Shown here one piece after another: positions 1-11,858 of a stretch of 64,000 nucleotides of DNA. Position numbers and translations under genes: made by a program. Numbering within the stretch: the first letter of the stretch is position 1; each line of letters opens with the position of its first letter. The notes beneath the pieces are model-generated. The model had not been told where the DNA came from and did not search any database. It saw only the letters and a program-made list of their open reading frames with translations. The DNA comes from an uncultured Nitrospiraceae bacterium (GTDB lineage Bacteria > Nitrospirota > Nitrospiria > Nitrospirales > Nitrospiraceae): contig CAWJWJ010000002.1 in assembly GCA_963846575.1 (NCBI GenBank), forward strand, positions 2,048,001 through 2,112,000, in the 5' to 3' direction.

Positions 1-1484
1 GACCGGGTGTAACTCATAGCTTCACTCAGGACATCATCAGTCTGCTGTAGAATGTCCATGACCGGAGGAATGGGCTTTGCCAAGCGTTTGCCCTGTCCCA
101 GTTTCAATTTGCTCAACACCAGCAACTGTTGCAGATGATCGTGCAGTTCCGTGGCCAGCCGCTTGCGCTCGCGCTGTTCTGCCAGGTTCAATTCGGACGC
201 GAGTTCCCGCAACCGCGTTTGAGATTGCATTAACTCCCCGGTCCGTTCTTCCACCAACTGTTCCAGCTTGTCCGATAAGGCTTCCAGCCTCCGCTGGCTG
301 TTCCGGAGCGCTTCTTCCCCTCTTGAACGTTCGATGGCCAGCGCTGCGGTACGGGCAAGAATCTCCACAGCCTGCCGTTCGACTGGAGTTGGTCCCCGTC
401 TCTCTCGAAAATACGTCCCGAACGTCCCTAGTACATGTCCATCACTGGCGATAAGGGGCTGGCTCCATGCTGCCCGGTACCCGAGAGTCAAGGGTAGGTG
501 TTTGATAGAGGCCCAATCGGGATCCGTTTCAATGTCGGGAGTAATCACCACCTCGCCAGTGGCAGCCGCTGCACAACAGGTGCCCAGGTGGATGCAAGGC
601 CTGAGGCCATCAATGGCCTGGAGGTAATGGTCCGGCAGACTGGGAGAGGCTCCGTTCCTGAGATTGCCCTCTTCGTCAAGTAACAGGATGGAAGCAATCG
701 CTTGTTTGTCCGCTCGCTTTTCGACGACGAGCGCCAGGTAGGTCAGTACGGACGACAGCGGCGAACCGGTGACGATCATCTCGAGGGAACGGTTCTGCGA
801 GCTGATCAGGATCTCGGCCTGCTGGCGGTCGGTAATATCGGTGACCAATGCAATGACATGCGTCGGCGCATGGTGCCTGTCCCTCAGGAGGGACATAAAT
901 TTTCGGACCCATACGGACCGGCCATCTTTGAGCACGTACCGAATCTCCAGCTCGCGAAACGGCGCTTTCTCTTCGCGAAGCTCTTGGATGGCGAGAAGAT
1001 TGGCCCCCCGATCGTCAGGATGGATGAGCGAGCCGAAGTCGAGATGGCACAGTTCTTCTTCCGTATACCCCACGATGCGGCAATAGGCAGGATTGCACTG
1101 TTGAAAACGTCCCTCCCGATCGGTAATGGCAATGCCGGTCGCGGCGTGCTCGTAGATCTTGCGAAACCGCTCTTCGCTCACTCTTACCCCGTGCTCAGGC
1201 TGGCTCTGGTCGGTGAGCTCGTGGCTCAGCGCAAAGATGCGCTGCCACTGCCCGTCGGCGGGTGTGATTGCGGTCATGTACTGATTGGTGAGTTCGTCAC
1301 GGAACGACACTGTAGGGACCGACTGCTGCCGTTGGCTTGCATCCCGCTCCAATTCAGCAGCTCCATTAGTACCATCCGGGGTATCGGTGGCGGTGGAGAA
1401 TCCCTTTTCACTTCTGGCGTCCATGCCGTCTTCGTGGCGTCTGATGGTCTTATCAGTACGCAACGGGTCCCCCGTAAATGTCAT
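1..1484 (-). CDS. PAS/GAF-domain sensor protein (probable histidine kinase), runs off the left edge of the window
   Basis: Manual translation (absent from the ORF track): SEERFRKIYEHAATGIAITDREGRFQQCNPAY...IHPDD...DITDRQQAE (PAS-PAC), then GASPSLPDHYLQAIDG...GTCCAAA...AAWSQPL...VLGTFGTY (GAF). Start at ATG 1484 or 1424. Confidence 0.85.
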   Translation of the reverse strand, partial: MTFTGDPLRTDKTIRRHEDGMDARSEKGFSTATDTPDGTNGAAELERDASQRQQSVPTVSFRDELTNQYMTAITPADGQWQRIFALSHELTDQSQPEHGVRVSEERFRKIYEHAATGIAITDREGRFQQCNPAYCRIVGYTEEELCHLDFGSLIHPDDRGANLLAIQELREEKAPFRELEIRYVLKDGRSVWVRKFMSLLRDRHHAPTHVIALVTDITDRQQAEILISSQNRSLEMIVTGSPLSSVLTYLALVVEKRADKQAIASILLLDEEGNLRNGASPSLPDHYLQAIDGLRPCIHLGTCCAAAATGEVVITPDIETDPDWASIKHLPLTLGYRAAWSQPLIASDGHVLGTFGTYFRERRGPTPVERQAVEILARTAALAIERSRGEEALRNSQRRLEALSDKLEQLVEERTGELMQSQTRLRELASELNLAEQRERKRLATELHDHLQQLLVLSKLKLGQGKRLAKPIPPVMDILQQTDDVLSEAMSYTR

Positions 1485-2107
1485 GGTTCGTTACCGGATG
1501 CGGCTTATGCCGGGGCAACCGCTTCGGAAGAGACAGAGGCACGACTCTCATAACCGGCGGCCGGCCTCCCCACGGGCGGGAAAGGGCATCCTGCGTGGAA
1601 CGATCGCCCCTCGCGAGATATGGACCTGAGGCACACTTGCCTGTCGTCACATTCTGCATCATATCCGCCTGAGAGCCACAGCTGCTTTGGTGCAACGATT
1701 GGGGCGATTGAAAGGCATGGTATCAGCGCGTAAGTTCGCAGTGCTCTAGGGGAATCCCTAGTGGCCCAGCTATAGAGTCGATGGTTCCGGATGGCGGACA
1801 CAACCGATCAATATGTGGTGGAATCACCCGGCAGACTGCTTTCTTGCGATTGAACGAGCATTCCTGTGCCATAACCGCCAGCTCCACGCTCGAAGTGTCC
1901 ACGATCCTGCCTCTACATTCCCATGGACGCGGTCACCGCGCCTTGTCTCCCGCTAGCCGAAACCAATAGAGATAAATGGACAGAAGGAATGTCCGGGTTG
2001 CCGTGCTGTGCAGGATGAAAAATGTCCGACCGAATGTCACGGGTCACGCGGTAGGGTCCACCATGTGGCAGGCCCTTCTCTTTCGTTCTCGGCTGGCCAG
2101 CAGGCCA

Positions 2108-2368
2108 CTATGTCTTCTTTGACCGAGACGAGCGCTCGTCAGATGAGCGCCGGCTTGCGCCGATTCTGGTAAAGGCTGAGCCTTTGTGCATGGCAAGGTG
2201 CCCCGTCGCATCACTCTTCACCAGATATTGTGGCGCTTCTTTCGAGGCACGGGCTATGTAGGTCTTGAACTTAGTCGGAGCCGTAATCTTTTTTTGTATC
2301 GTCCCGCGAACTCTGCCCGCTTCCGAATTCCAACTCACGTGGTCGCCGACATCAAATTGTCGTTTCAT
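2108..2368 (-). CDS. DUF2945 / Hva1 Tudor-like domain protein
   Basis: GDHVSWNSEAG...ASKEAPQYLVKSDATGHLAMHK motif typical of DUF2945. Confidence 0.8.
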   Translation of the reverse strand: MKRQFDVGDHVSWNSEAGRVRGTIQKKITAPTKFKTYIARASKEAPQYLVKSDATGHLAMHKGSAFTRIGASRRSSDERSSRSKKT

Positions 2369-2507
2369 CGCGGCCCTTTCAGTGTGGGTATTCTATATTC
2401 TCCATTCCATTCGTACCGACATGAACTAGGAGAGTTACTAGGATTTCGAACGCTTCAGCCCAGGCTATGATGCACCGGTCGTGAGCGGGGCGCTGCGAGG
2501 TCTATAG

Positions 2508-3026
2508 ATGGATATCGTTTCCCACGGACTGTGGGGCGCGCTCGCCTTCGGCCGGAAAGGTCGAGGGAGTTTTTGGCTTGCCTTCGTGATTGGTCTGGCA
2601 CCCGATCTGTTTTCGTTTGGGATACTCTGGGTGGCCGCCACGCTCGGACTGGCGGCACGTCCAGATTTCAGTCATGGCACGCCACCGGAATCCAGCATTC
2701 CTCTGTATGTCCATCACCTCTACGATGTTACCCACAGCCTTGTCGTTTTCCTGTGCGTGTTTGCTCTCGTTGGAATGGTATTGAAACGCCCACTCTGGGA
2801 GCTCGGGTCATGGGGGCTGCATGTGCTGGTCGACATTCCGACCCACTCGTTTGCGTTCTTTCCCACGCCCTTCATGTGGCCCCTCTCCGATTGGAAGTTT
2901 GACGGCTGGCAATGGATGACCCCCACCATCCTGATTCCCAACTTCGTGATGCTCTCTCTCCTGTATGCGTGGTTTTTATCGCAGTGGTACTGGAGGCCTC
3001 GTAGGAAGGGGTCTGTTCAGGCCTGA
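2508..3026 (+). CDS. Membrane protein, YdjM-like metal-dependent hydrolase family
   Basis: MDIVSHGLW, PDL, THSL and HVLVDIPTH motifs with hydrophobic helices. Confidence 0.7.
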   Translation: MDIVSHGLWGALAFGRKGRGSFWLAFVIGLAPDLFSFGILWVAATLGLAARPDFSHGTPPESSIPLYVHHLYDVTHSLVVFLCVFALVGMVLKRPLWELGSWGLHVLVDIPTHSFAFFPTPFMWPLSDWKFDGWQWMTPTILIPNFVMLSLLYAWFLSQWYWRPRRKGSVQA

Positions 3027-3275
3027 CGATTGGAGAGACAGAGAGCGGTCAGTCATCTGATTTCCATTTTGCGTTTCCAAAGATGGCGATGCGAACTGAG
3101 AGCACACTGATACCGGAAAGTCTCCGGGAGCGTACCGACTGTCCTTCGGTATTCTTCGCGAACGGGTGATTCATCGTGATTCAATCTACGATGGCATTCA
3201 TATCTCTACCAGCCTAAGGCCGAGGGCGACTGCAGAGGATTGACGATGACGGGACAGGCCCCACTAGGCCTACTT

Positions 3276-3539
3276 CTACCGCCGCCCGGATTTACGCACC
3301 AGTTCCTTTTTGCCGCGTGGAAGCCGGTACTCCATTTGGAGCCGGCAGAACAGTTCGGCACCTTTCAGTCGCTGGAAATCATCCGGCAGGGGGACTTCCG
3401 TCATGGTCTGGCCCTTCATCGGAGTCATCTGAACATGCACCCCCTTCCCCTTGCGATCTTTGGTGGAAGCGAGAATCCCCCCTCCCATGATGGCGCCCTT
3501 CTTATCCGTCAAGATATGTATGGTCTGTTTCGCCTTCAC
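3276..3539 (-). CDS. Hypothetical small basic protein
   Basis: AAGGAGG RBS before GTG 3539; directly follows 3559-3861. Confidence 0.6.
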   Translation of the reverse strand: MKAKQTIHILTDKKGAIMGGGILASTKDRKGKGVHVQMTPMKGQTMTEVPLPDDFQRLKGAELFCRLQMEYRLPRGKKELVRKSGRR

Positions 3540-3558
3540 CGTGACCTCCTTCAATCCC

Positions 3559-3861
3559 TTAGACGTTCCCCCCGCCTTGAAGCGAAAAGTGGGCGAGTTC
3601 CTCTCCCATATTCGTCACCGTCACCGAATAGACGATCGGGCTCGGTGAACCGGGGTGGCGGCGAATGGGCTTTTTCTCTTTCGTGTGCTCGCTCACCATG
3701 AGCCTGACCGGATTGATACCAATTCCGTCGGCCATGATCCACTGTGCGCCGAAATCCTCCCCTCCCCATTCTGTCTCGTTGATCAGCTTTCCCCGGGCGA
3801 CATGGATGCGGACAGAATGACCCGGAGCCAGCCAGAAGTCTCCAAGCTGATTAAATGCCAT
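3559..3861 (-). CDS. Hypothetical 100-aa protein, probably beta-rich
   Basis: Strong GAGGAGG RBS; protein-like composition. Confidence 0.7.
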   Translation of the reverse strand: MAFNQLGDFWLAPGHSVRIHVARGKLINETEWGGEDFGAQWIMADGIGINPVRLMVSEHTKEKKPIRRHPGSPSPIVYSVTVTNMGEELAHFSLQGGGNV

Positions 3862-4215
3862 TCACTACCTCCTCATAAAGGTTGCCGCGCATTGTACCTA
3901 ACCTGCACTCGCGATGAAATCCTGTACCGCCTGTGAGGCAAACGGCGAGCCCCATGCGGCACTGTTGAGTCGGATCACAGGTCCGGACGAGTTGTACGCG
4001 TTGCAAGTGCCCCCTCGTGCGTTCAAGACATGCCCCTGATCAGGAGATGAATCCGCAGTCGCATGATATCGTCGTGCTCTTACTCAGGGGGAACTGACCA
4101 CGTGGGGAAATACAATCCGGAAGTCGAGTTATACCAGGGCGGGGGATCAAGGACATCACTTTCGAGTATCGACATCCTTGATCCCGGTATCAGAGAGACC
4201 AACCTACCCGTTCAA

Positions 4216-4977
4216 TTACTTGGCCTGGAGCTTCACACTGATCGCTCCACCGAGATCCCCTTCCTTGGCCCCTTCTTTCTTATAGCCAGAAACATCCATT
4301 TCCCCCTTCGGGACCCCGTGACAGCCCAAGCAGCCCTTTCCATAATAAAGCGGCAACAGAACCCGCACGGCTTTCCCGCCTTCGACCGTCTCGCTCATCG
4401 CCTTGTCACCCTGGCGGGGATAAGAGGCATCAGCGAGTTTTGCAAGTAGACCGGATTCAAACGCGTCCGCCTTATTCTTGGGGTTGCGCAAGAGTGCATC
4501 CTGCGTCGTCTGCTTCAGATAGATCCCCGTCTTGCTGCTGAACTCCGCGGCTGCTTGCGTGCCGAAGTGGGCCGGCGTGAAACCCTTGTATGCAATGCCT
4601 GACTGGTTGATTTTCGCCTGATTGGCGGCGATTGTTTTCTTGGAGGCAGCCACAAGTTCCGGCAACAGGCCCTTGGCAGTTTCCGGGATAGTCGCCGCCT
4701 TGACGTTCGCCAGGTCGACGCCAGCCCGTGCTTTGAATTTTTCGATCAACTCTTTTTCAAACACGTCTGCGGTAAACCCCTTGTCCCCCTTACTGGCATC
4801 GTTAATGAGCGGCTGATTGGCCGCCACGGTTCCTCGACCAGCATCCAACAAGATCGCCAATAGCCGGCCACTCTCAACCAGCTCCGAATTGGCCGATGCA
4901 GGAATCGGAGCAAGGCCAATTCCTATGGTTAACAACGCCACTGCGAACAGACCTAGCTTCTGTAGCGAGACGTTCAT
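4216..4977 (-). CDS. Exported c-type heme protein, DUF3365/Tll0287-like
   Basis: Signal peptide, RNPKNKAD.FE, single CxxCH (CLGCH), GDLGGAISV end; GGGAGG RBS before ATG 4977. Confidence 0.85.
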   Translation of the reverse strand: MNVSLQKLGLFAVALLTIGIGLAPIPASANSELVESGRLLAILLDAGRGTVAANQPLINDASKGDKGFTADVFEKELIEKFKARAGVDLANVKAATIPETAKGLLPELVAASKKTIAANQAKINQSGIAYKGFTPAHFGTQAAAEFSSKTGIYLKQTTQDALLRNPKNKADAFESGLLAKLADASYPRQGDKAMSETVEGGKAVRVLLPLYYGKGCLGCHGVPKGEMDVSGYKKEGAKEGDLGGAISVKLQAK

Positions 4978-5808
4978 ACAACCTCCCTGTTGTGAGACCC
5001 ACAAGGCTCCAGACCAGAAGCAGATTCCTCTGGAGAAGCCGCCCACGGCGGCAGTATGGACCCTGCTCGCCACACACGCCAGTTATTATTCGCTTCTCCT
5101 CTCACATGCCCCACCATGTTTCCCTTGCAGGCCATCTATGAAGTCCTACTCAACACCTTTGCCTTTCCTCCCGGTAGTTGAATTGGCTCGTCTTCAAATG
5201 CCCGCGACTGACCCGGTCGTCCAGACCCATGACTCAACAGGGTTGCTCTAGGTCTTTATCGACAACGATGATTCTCAAGACGTCGATCAGTTGACGGTCA
5301 CGACAACCCGTTCTGATCCAACGGTGAATATTCCGCTCGCGATCGCCGACGTCGAAGCATTGGTTCCGGCAGATTTCGTCTGGAGGTGCATGCCCGACAC
5401 AAGACGACGCCGGTCTATACGGCTGGTGATATCTTTCCGATTTCTTGCCGGAGAAGCTCTCCACCAATCCGACTTCTCTGGACGAAGAACAAGACCGACT
5501 CGCGCTCGTCGTGGATTGCGTTGTCCCGGAGGATGGATTCGTTCCGAACTTCCCCCTATCGAGGGCTGATCCGTAACCGCGCGAAGCTGGCTTGCAACCG
5601 CATCGCTGCATGGCTCATTGGAATGGAACCTTCTCCGGGTCGAGTCATCGCATAGCGGGCCTCGAAGAGCAGCGCGGCCTGCAGGATCAGGTCGCGTGGT
5701 GCTTTAAAGCCCGGCGGCACGAGTCCTTCCCGCCCGGCATATTCTTTCATCCCTCGGGATGGTGATGCTCTGGAATCCGCCACCTCGACGTTGTACTATA
5801 CATTCCTG

Positions 5809-6048
5809 ATGGCCGACTCTTCCGACCCTTCTCTCAGCGATTCACTTACAAGTGCCCGCCGCACCAGTTTCTATGAACGCCACAAGCCTCTCGCCGTAGG
5901 GATGATTGTGGCGGTATTTTTTCTTCCGTTTGTCGGCCTCGTCGCCGGCGGATTGCTTGGAGTAGTAGCGGGGGTAATCATTTCGGTGTTGGCCTACTAC
6001 CTCACCCCTTTCGTGGTGCTGAAATTCATGGGTAGGACCCGACCCTAA
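5809..6048 (+). CDS. Small two-TM membrane protein
   Basis: Two hydrophobic helices. Confidence 0.55.
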   Translation: MADSSDPSLSDSLTSARRTSFYERHKPLAVGMIVAVFFLPFVGLVAGGLLGVVAGVIISVLAYYLTPFVVLKFMGRTRP

Positions 6049-6272
6049 TCGTGCTACCCGCTTCATGACATATCCCACTTCGGGTGAATATTCTCCAGGC
6101 AGTACTCCTGTCTACATGCCCAGCGCTCCCTGACCGGCATCGGTTTCGAAGCCTTCTGTTCGTCCCTGGGTGGGACCAGTGATGCTGTTCCTTGACTGTG
6201 TAGGTACTGGCTCGTATGCTGAAGGAGTAGCCTTCGTCTCCCTAAACTCTTGTTGATGGGAGTCGCCTTTCG

Positions 6273-7604
6273 ATGATACGCCCGTCTTGCCCCTCCCCAC
6301 GACCCGTCGTTCCTTACCTCACTGCACTGACTCTGTTCCTCGTCACACTCATTGCAGGATCGGTTGGCGCGCAACGTGAATCCGTGATGGTGCTCGCAAC
6401 CTATGACGGGGTCATTACGCCCGTTGCGGCTGAATATTTTCACGATGCGCTCCAATCGGCACAGGACAGCGGGGCACAGGCCTTAATCCTCCGCCTGAAT
6501 ACGCCGGGTGGGTTAGACACCTCGATGCGCCTCATCATCAAAGACATCACCGCCTCCACCATTCCCGTGATCGTCTACGTGGCACCCTCCAGCGGACGAG
6601 CCGCTTCCGCCGGGGTATTCATTACCATGGCGGCTCATGTGGCGGCGATGGCGCCCGGCACAAACATCGGCGCGGCGCACCCGGTGAGCATGGGCGGCAA
6701 GGAGATGGATGAGACGATGAAGGAGAAGGTGGAAAACGATTCCGTTGCCTACATCAAAACGATCGCCGAGCAACGGGGTCGAAACGCGGCTTGGGCGGAA
6801 GATGCCGTACGCAAGAGTCTCTCCGTGACGGAGCGGGAGGCGCTCAAACTGAAAATCGTGGATCTGATCGCCGAGGACCTTCCTGCATTGCTGAAGCAAC
6901 TGGACGGCCGCTCGATCGCGCTTCCGACCGGACCGAAAATACTGCACTCGGAAGGCACGGCGTTGCGCGAATTCCCCATGGGGCTTCGCCTCGAATTTCT
7001 GAAAACGCTCAGTGATCCCAACATCGCCTACCTGCTCATGACCCTCGGCACGGTCGGAGTCATTGCCGAATTGTATAATCCAGGCGCAATTCTTCCCGGC
7101 GTCGTCGGTGCCATCAGCCTGGTGCTGGCATTTTATTCCTTGCAGTCCTTGCCGGTGAACTATGCAGGGGTGTTGCTATTCCTGCTCGGAATTATTTTTC
7201 TCATTCTGGAAGCCACTGTGACGAGCTTCGGCTTGCTGGCGCTTGGCGGAATTATCTCCATGCTTCTAGGATCGGTCATGCTGATCAAGACCGACGTGGA
7301 ATTCCTTCGAATTTCCTGGGGAGTCATTCTCCCGGTCGTCGCCCTGGTCGCCACCTTCTCCTTTTTTCTGGTTGGCATGGGTGTCAGGGCAATGCGTCGG
7401 CCCACGGCCACCGGCCGCGAGGAGATGATCGGATTGGTGGGAATCGTCACAACGGCGCTCACGCCGCAGGGGCAGGTCGCTGTGCACGGTGAACTTTGGC
7501 AGGCCGTCAGCGAGGTGCCGCTTCAACCCGGCGACGAAGCTGAAGTCGTTCGCCTGGATGGCTTACGCTTATTCGTCAAACCCGTTTCGAAGAAGGGGGT
7601 CTGA
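6273..7604 (+). CDS. nfeD: NfeD-family membrane-bound serine protease (long form)
   Basis: [27 protein letters not shown] region, C-terminal OB fold (VHGELW); paired with stomatin. Confidence 0.93.
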   Translation: MIRPSCPSPRPVVPYLTALTLFLVTLIAGSVGAQRESVMVLATYDGVITPVAAEYFHDALQSAQDSGAQALILRLNTPGGLDTSMRLIIKDITASTIPVIVYVAPSSGRAASAGVFITMAAHVAAMAPGTNIGAAHPVSMGGKEMDETMKEKVENDSVAYIKTIAEQRGRNAAWAEDAVRKSLSVTEREALKLKIVDLIAEDLPALLKQLDGRSIALPTGPKILHSEGTALREFPMGLRLEFLKTLSDPNIAYLLMTLGTVGVIAELYNPGAILPGVVGAISLVLAFYSLQSLPVNYAGVLLFLLGIIFLILEATVTSFGLLALGGIISMLLGSVMLIKTDVEFLRISWGVILPVVALVATFSFFLVGMGVRAMRRPTATGREEMIGLVGIVTTALTPQGQVAVHGELWQAVSEVPLQPGDEAEVVRLDGLRLFVKPVSKKGV

Positions 7605-7605
7605 T

Positions 7606-8385
7606 ATGGGTCCGCTCGTGAGTCCTTTTGCGCTCCTGTTCTTGGTGCTGGTCCTCATCTTGATGGGATTCAATGTGCTCCGGGAATACGAGCGTGGCGT
7701 CATCTTTCGGTGGGGACGGCTGGCGAAGGGACTCGTGGGAGGCAATGGCCCAGGCGTCGTGATCATTATTCCCTTCATCGACAAGATGGTGCGCGTAAGT
7801 ATGCGGACTGTGACGATGGACGTGCCGCCACAGGACGTCATCACGAGGGACAACGTCACCGTGAAGGTCAACGCGGTCATCTACTTCCGGGTGGTGGATC
7901 AGGAACGCGCGATCATTCAGGTTGAGGACTTCCTCTATGCCACGTCCATGATGTCGCAGACGACCCTGCGCAGCGTGCTGGGACAGAGCCAACTGGACGA
8001 CCTGCTGTCAAAACGCGAACAAATCAATGCGGATCTCCAACGGATCATCGATCAACAGACAGAGCCGTGGGGCATCAAGGTCACCGCAGTCGAAGTAAAA
8101 AATGTGGACCTCCCGCAGGAAATGCAGCGGGCGATCGCGCGACAGGCGGAAGCGGAGCGCGAACGGCGAGCCAAGGTCATCCATGCGGAAGGAGAATTCG
8201 AGGCCTCACAACGCCTGGCTGACGCCGCCGATGTGATCAGCCGCAACCCGGCTGCCTTGCAACTCCGTTACCTTCAAACCCTGGTCGAAATTGCTGCCGA
8301 GAAAAATTCGACTACCATTTTCCCCATCCCGATCGATACGATCGCCCCCTTCCTGAAGAATTGGGGCAAACAGACTGCGCCTTAA
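7606..8385 (+). CDS. SPFH/stomatin (slipin) family protein
   Basis: [43 protein letters not shown]. Confidence 0.95.
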   Translation: MGPLVSPFALLFLVLVLILMGFNVLREYERGVIFRWGRLAKGLVGGNGPGVVIIIPFIDKMVRVSMRTVTMDVPPQDVITRDNVTVKVNAVIYFRVVDQERAIIQVEDFLYATSMMSQTTLRSVLGQSQLDDLLSKREQINADLQRIIDQQTEPWGIKVTAVEVKNVDLPQEMQRAIARQAEAERERRAKVIHAEGEFEASQRLADAADVISRNPAALQLRYLQTLVEIAAEKNSTTIFPIPIDTIAPFLKNWGKQTAP

Positions 8386-9059
8386 CGACAGGCGGCAGGC
8401 GCCTCATACAGTCTGGTCATGCACTCCATCACGGCGCGCGCCTCCCCGGCTTGTTTCTCTCACGGCAGAGGATGACTCGCGCCGATGGCACGAGAGCATT
8501 TCATGAGTAGAGTGCGGTCTGCACAAATACCTCGCACATAGGCATTCCCGAGAATTAATTGAGGCGTAGGCACAGAGTCTTCACGCGAGGCCCCGTGGAA
8601 GCAGATGTCCACCATAAGGCCATTCAAGGCTGTAGGTGTATGGTGAGGATTCAGCAGTACTCTGTAATCTGCTCAGGCTGGTTCTTGCCCGGAGCAAAGG
8701 GTTTGCATGCATGATTGTGTCTGGACTGCCGGGCCTCCTGTCGCGCGAATCATCACGCTATGATCACCGTAGGCGCAGTCTCACAGGCGAACTACCCGGA
8801 CGCCGATAGCGCAGATTCTGCCGGCTCACTAGGATGGCCACCCATTACAGCCGCTTGTTGGTCTAGTCTGCTGTGTCACATGGAGGACGCCGCTCGCTGT
8901 TGCGAGCGGGAGTTCGATTCATTCGGCTCACTTGCATGGATCCCCTTCCGCCGTTAGTTCTTGCTAGAGGGATAGGGCGGAGATCAATCCGGCGCTGCTG
9001 GCGTGATACAATGCCCTCTCGAAACGAAACCCATGCTCAATCTCGAAACCGATCTCTCA

Positions 9060-11174
9060 ATGAAGGGCGTGATGCAGCTGAGTCTTGAAAGAAAAACCGA
9101 GATTGTCATTGCACTCATGCTGTCACTCTTATTGGGAATTGGTTTTGTGGCCTACCGCAGTTCGACCGAATTCATCCACAGCTCGGATGAGGTTGTCCAT
9201 AGCCGCGAGACCCGGGGAAGCCTTCAGCGCGTGCTGTCCCTTTTGGAGGAACTCGAAACCGGACAACGGGGATATATCATCACCGGAGACCTGACGTTTC
9301 TGGCACCCTACAGCCGGGCCAGGGAGCAGATCGACAATCGGTTGGCACAGGTCAGGACGCTGACCACCAACTATCCCGACTTGCAAGCGCGCATCGATAG
9401 GCTCACGAAACTTGTGGAATCACGTGTCGCATTCGCCTCAGAGTCGATCGAGTTACGACGATCCCAGGGGTTTGCAGAGGCCAGAGACCTGCTGCTCTCC
9501 GGCAAGGGCAAACAAGAAATGGATGAGATCCGCACCCTGATCACGGACATGCGGGAATCGGAAGAGAATCGGATTCTGGAGTATTCCAACCGGACCACCG
9601 AACTCGCCCAATCCACGATCACCGTAGCTCAGGTGGGCAGCTCCCTGGCCATCGTGATTGTGCTCGGAATGGGGATCGCCTACCGATGGGGACTGAGCGC
9701 ACGCCGGCAGACGGAGCAAGCCTTACGACAAAGCCTCGCGAAGCAAACGTTGGTGATGCGGGCACTACCGATGGTGATCTATTCAGCCAAGGCTGACGAA
9801 GATTTCGGAGCACTCTGGGTCAGTGACAACAGTGAGCAGGTGAGCGGTTTCCCCGGTAGATTGTTGGTGAACGAGCCGGGTCTCTGGATCTCCCGCCTGC
9901 ATCCGGAAGACCGTGAGCGGGTCTATCATGAATTTGAGAGAATTTCCGATGTGGGGACATTAGATGTCGAGTACCGATGGCAGGTGGCCGATGGAACGTA
10001 TCGTTGGTTTTTAGACCGGGCGATGCTCCAGACGACCTCCGACGGATGGGAAAAGGAAATCCTCGGACTGCGGCTGGACATTACCGAACGAAAGGCCACC
10101 GATGAAAGGCTCAGAGAGGTGAACGATCGATTAACCGCTCTCGTGCATGCGTCACCGGTCGGCATCGTGATCCTGGATGCGGAGGGGCTCTGCCGCCTCT
10201 GGAATCCTGCCGCACAACAGATCTTCGGTTGGCGCGAGGATGAAGTCCTGGGTCAACCCCTTCCGACGGTGGCTCCGCAACAAGCGAGCGAGCATCGGTT
10301 TCTTCGGGAGCGCGTGATGGAAAATAAAGCCTTCACCGACCTGGAAGTCGTGCGTTACCGGAAGGATGGGACGCCGGTTTCCATCAGCCTCTCGACGGCC
10401 CCTTTGCGGGACCCCCGGGGTGCGGTCTGCGGGTTGATCGGTCTGATGGCCGACATCACGCAACGCAAACAGTCCGATCTTCAACTCAATCAATCCCGAG
10501 ATCAACTACGAGCGTTGATGACGCGCCTGCATTCAACACGGGAAGAGGAAGGCACGCGGATCGCCCGCGAGGTCCACGATGAGCTCGGACAAGCCATGAC
10601 CAGCCTTAAGCTTGATTTGTCCTGGGTGGCGAGACGGCTCTCCGTTCCAGAGACGGCCGATAGTCGAGCGCAGATGCTGGAGCGTATTCAGGGAACGATG
10701 CAGCAACTCGATGCGACGATCCAAGCCGTCCGCGCCATTGCGACGGCATTGCGGCCCAGTGTTCTGGATGAACTCGGTCTGACGGCGGCATTGGAATGGC
10801 AGACACGTGATTTTGAAAAGCGGACTGGGATACGATGTACCTGGTCATTGCCGTCGGTGCCGCTTCCGATCGGACCGGATCAAGCCACGGCGATCTTTCG
10901 TATCTATCAGGAGATTCTCACGAACGTGGCACGCCATGCTCAGGCTTCCCAGATTCGCATACATATGGCCGTCTCCGCGCGTTGGCTCACCCTGGAGGTC
11001 TGCGACAATGGACGAGGAATCCCCGAGGGTGCCGTCCTCAACAGCAGTTCCCTTGGATTACTTGGCATGCGGGAACGGGCCGCGCAATGGGGGGGCGACC
11101 TGTCAGTCCTTGGAGCCGAGGGCAAGGGAACCACCGTGAAGGTGCGTCTGCCACTTTCTGAAGGGGGCGCATGA
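9060..11174 (+). CDS. CHASE3-PAS-PAS sensor histidine kinase (HisKA_3 type)
   Basis: ETGQRGYIITGD (CHASE3), two PAS domains, RIAREVHDELGQ, QEILTNVARHA, DNGRG, LGLLGMRER; exact start uncertain (9003-9072). Confidence 0.93.
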   Translation: MKGVMQLSLERKTEIVIALMLSLLLGIGFVAYRSSTEFIHSSDEVVHSRETRGSLQRVLSLLEELETGQRGYIITGDLTFLAPYSRAREQIDNRLAQVRTLTTNYPDLQARIDRLTKLVESRVAFASESIELRRSQGFAEARDLLLSGKGKQEMDEIRTLITDMRESEENRILEYSNRTTELAQSTITVAQVGSSLAIVIVLGMGIAYRWGLSARRQTEQALRQSLAKQTLVMRALPMVIYSAKADEDFGALWVSDNSEQVSGFPGRLLVNEPGLWISRLHPEDRERVYHEFERISDVGTLDVEYRWQVADGTYRWFLDRAMLQTTSDGWEKEILGLRLDITERKATDERLREVNDRLTALVHASPVGIVILDAEGLCRLWNPAAQQIFGWREDEVLGQPLPTVAPQQASEHRFLRERVMENKAFTDLEVVRYRKDGTPVSISLSTAPLRDPRGAVCGLIGLMADITQRKQSDLQLNQSRDQLRALMTRLHSTREEEGTRIAREVHDELGQAMTSLKLDLSWVARRLSVPETADSRAQMLERIQGTMQQLDATIQAVRAIATALRPSVLDELGLTAALEWQTRDFEKRTGIRCTWSLPSVPLPIGPDQATAIFRIYQEILTNVARHAQASQIRIHMAVSARWLTLEVCDNGRGIPEGAVLNSSSLGLLGMRERAAQWGGDLSVLGAEGKGTTVKVRLPLSEGGA

Positions 11175-11806
11175 TCCAGATTCTCATCGCTGACGATCAC
11201 CCGTTCGTGCGTCGTGGGGTCAAGCAGGTGTTGACCGATGAATTTACCGGGGTGGTGATCGGTGAAGCGTCCACTACCCCTGAACTTCTCGAGCAGGCTG
11301 GAAAACAACGGTGGGATCTGATCGTGCTGGACCTGACCATGCCGGGCAGGAGCGGACTGGATGCGTTGCATGAACTGCGTGCACTGTGTCCTGACACGCC
11401 GGTGCTCGTGCTGAGCATGCATCCCGAGGACCAATTTGCCATACGGGTCCTTCGCGCGGGAGCGGCCGGATATCTGACCAAAGAAAGCATACCCGAGGAG
11501 TTGGTGGAGGCGATCCGAAAAATCCTGGCAGGCGGCAAATATATTCGTTCCTCCGTCGCAGATCTACTCGCGATCCAACTCCAGCAGGGCGATGCGGATC
11601 AACCGCCCCACGCGAAATTGTCCGATCGTGAATTCCAAGTCCTTGCCCTGATTGCGCAAGGCAAAACCGTAACCAACATCGCGGAAGAACTCTGCTTGAG
11701 CGTAAAAAGCGTCAGTACCTATCGCGCGCGGATCGTCGACAAGCTTCATTTGAAATCAACCGCAGATCTTACCCGTTATGCGCTCGAACATCGCCTGATC
11801 GTATAA
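11171..11806 (+). CDS. NarL/UvrY-type response regulator (REC + LuxR HTH)
   Basis: IADDH, LDLTMPG, LSDREFQVL, KSVSTYRARI; ATGA overlap with the kinase stop. Confidence 0.95.
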   Translation: MIQILIADDHPFVRRGVKQVLTDEFTGVVIGEASTTPELLEQAGKQRWDLIVLDLTMPGRSGLDALHELRALCPDTPVLVLSMHPEDQFAIRVLRAGAAGYLTKESIPEELVEAIRKILAGGKYIRSSVADLLAIQLQQGDADQPPHAKLSDREFQVLALIAQGKTVTNIAEELCLSVKSVSTYRARIVDKLHLKSTADLTRYALEHRLIV

Positions 11807-11858
11807 CCCCTCACGCCGGTCCTTTTCTATCCCTTATTTCCCTATTACTTACGCAGTC

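Noticed and set aside
702..1553. 283-aa plus-strand ORF
   Set aside because: Antisense shadow of the PAS/GAF sensor gene on the minus strand.
5100..5790. Several overlapping short ORFs
   Set aside because: No consistent frame, RBS or domain signal.
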